A stretch of 63,608 nt of DNA, counting the filler, from Hausera hauseri (taxonomy: Eukaryota), in the NCBI GenBank assembly GCA_046269625.1. It is 13 parts of 13 records of this genome, joined end to end, with 100 filler letters (N's around TTAATTAATTAA, not from the genome) between each part and the next. Parts side by side here need not be neighbours in the genome. Positions count along the whole stretch, not along the records: positions 58,596 to 63,608 come from JBJURY010361707.1; 12 more parts are not named here. One strand, written 5' to 3'. The first letter of the stretch is position 1. Every line of letters begins with the position of its first letter. This document shows positions 62,601 through 63,608 of the stretch, piece after piece. The notes under the pieces are model-generated. The model had not been told where the DNA came from, did no database searches, and saw only the letters and a list, made by a program, of their open reading frames with translations. The translations under genes and the position numbers were made by a program.

Positions 62601-63608
62601 TATATGGGTCTGCTCATACAGAACTCCACATAGTCCTCAAAATTGGTTTTATTGGCCAATGTAGCCCTTTGAACGCCCTTGTCTCTTTTTTTAATTTGGC
62701 CACATACATTTAGGGCATACATTTTAGACTTGAAAGCCACAAATCGTAGGATGATTGCTCCATTCACCTCGTCTTTGAATTTCCCAAGGACTTTCTTATT
62801 GAATAGTTGGGATGTTCCTTTGGATAGTCCAAGGTATCCATGTGTTGAGCCAACTGGGCAAAGTCCTGATAAATATCACCTGTATGGATCTGATAGTGAA
62901 ACTATCAGTATCCATATGCATAAGCTGCATGGACTTGAACTTGGGGAACATTATATCCTAATGGAATCTGTACATTAAGGTCTTTGATAGATCCAATATT
63001 GCCTTACCCACATATATGGGCTTGTTGAATACCAATGCTGTTTTCAGCATATGGCTGCTGACCACGTTCACAGTATATATGATGCTGCTATGAAAGTTAG
63101 GCTTGGCAATGAGTTTCTTTGCCCGCTTCCAGCCATATACTAGCTCAATATTGATCATATTGGGGATATTCTCCATGATCTTGCCAAAGGGCGAGTTCTT
63201 TTAAAGCTTCAGTTCGTCTTTCTCAAAGTCGTTATTGGCATTAGTCCGCAGCTTTGTATTGAGATCTATGAATGACTGCAGTCACATGGACTGACTGAAC
63301 TGTAGGCTCTATAGATCTTAATAATACGAAGTCCATGTTTAATTGCCTGCTGGAGTTTGATGTAGTGGACTACATACCTCTCCTTATTACCCAGATGAAC
63401 GAGCAGCTTTCTCTGTTTTCCATGGGGTGGAGGCCTGCTCTCACGAAGGAAAGGCAGTTTTTGATGCCTTGCGTGAATAAAAGCCGGATATTCCATATCT
63501 ACCTCTAGTATGTATCGCGTATCTCCAGTGGGATCTCCAATATAGGAATATTTTCAGGATTCTCGACCCATTCGAAGTTATAATATGGTAATGGGACACT
63601 CATTGTCC
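62595..63608 (-). pseudogene. Polinton-type PolB subfamily A, polymerase core, inverted relative to the N-terminal part
   Basis: Minus strand gives MSVPLPY, YVVHYIKLQQA, FGKIMEN, NKPIYVGKAILDLSKTLMY, YMDTDS, LGKFKDE, KSKMY. Confidence 0.9.

Noticed and set aside
1-63608. tRNA or rRNA genes; species identification
   Set aside because: No tRNA or rRNA recognised by eye. The sequence supports only a divergent, intron-poor metazoan; a parasite of vertebrates is a guess from the ANO7 piece.

Overview
AT-rich metazoan (invertebrate-like) nuclear DNA, and not one locus. It is 13 unplaced contig pieces joined by 12 artificial 100-bp linkers (44 N + TTAATTAATTAA + 44 N): 1-9502, 9603-13648, 13749-18332, 18433-22601, 22702-27298, 27399-31622, 31723-36005, 36106-40550, 40651-44959, 45060-49054, 49155-53716, 53817-58495, 58596-63608. 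Content: (i) decayed Polinton/Maverick (adintovirus-like) material, namely protein-primed PolB pseudogene pieces from two subfamilies on five contigs, plus one virion module (ATPase, basic/amphipathic core proteins, integrase-chromo, two tandem minor capsids, major capsid start); (ii) two Ty3/Gypsy pol remnants, one whose integrase C-terminus reads in frame into a signal peptide plus FN3-like/TM cargo and a possible DEDDh exonuclease, and a separate orphan contig with the same cargo style; (iii) a degenerate geminivirus-like Rep (HUH + SF3 helicase) downstream of a PHD finger; (iv) hAT, pogo, Tc1 and mariner remnants and a GC-rich hairpin repeat; (v) intronless host gene pieces, mostly truncated or stop-containing (ARIH2, Frizzled, FEZ/UNC-76, ARMC7, COX10, RIOK1), a stop-free triple fusion FDXACB1-SLC26-DIP2, and two spliced exons of a vertebrate-like ANO7 joined to ARIH2. 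All assignments come from motif recognition by eye; no searches were run. Chimeric junctions may be biological or library/assembly artefacts.
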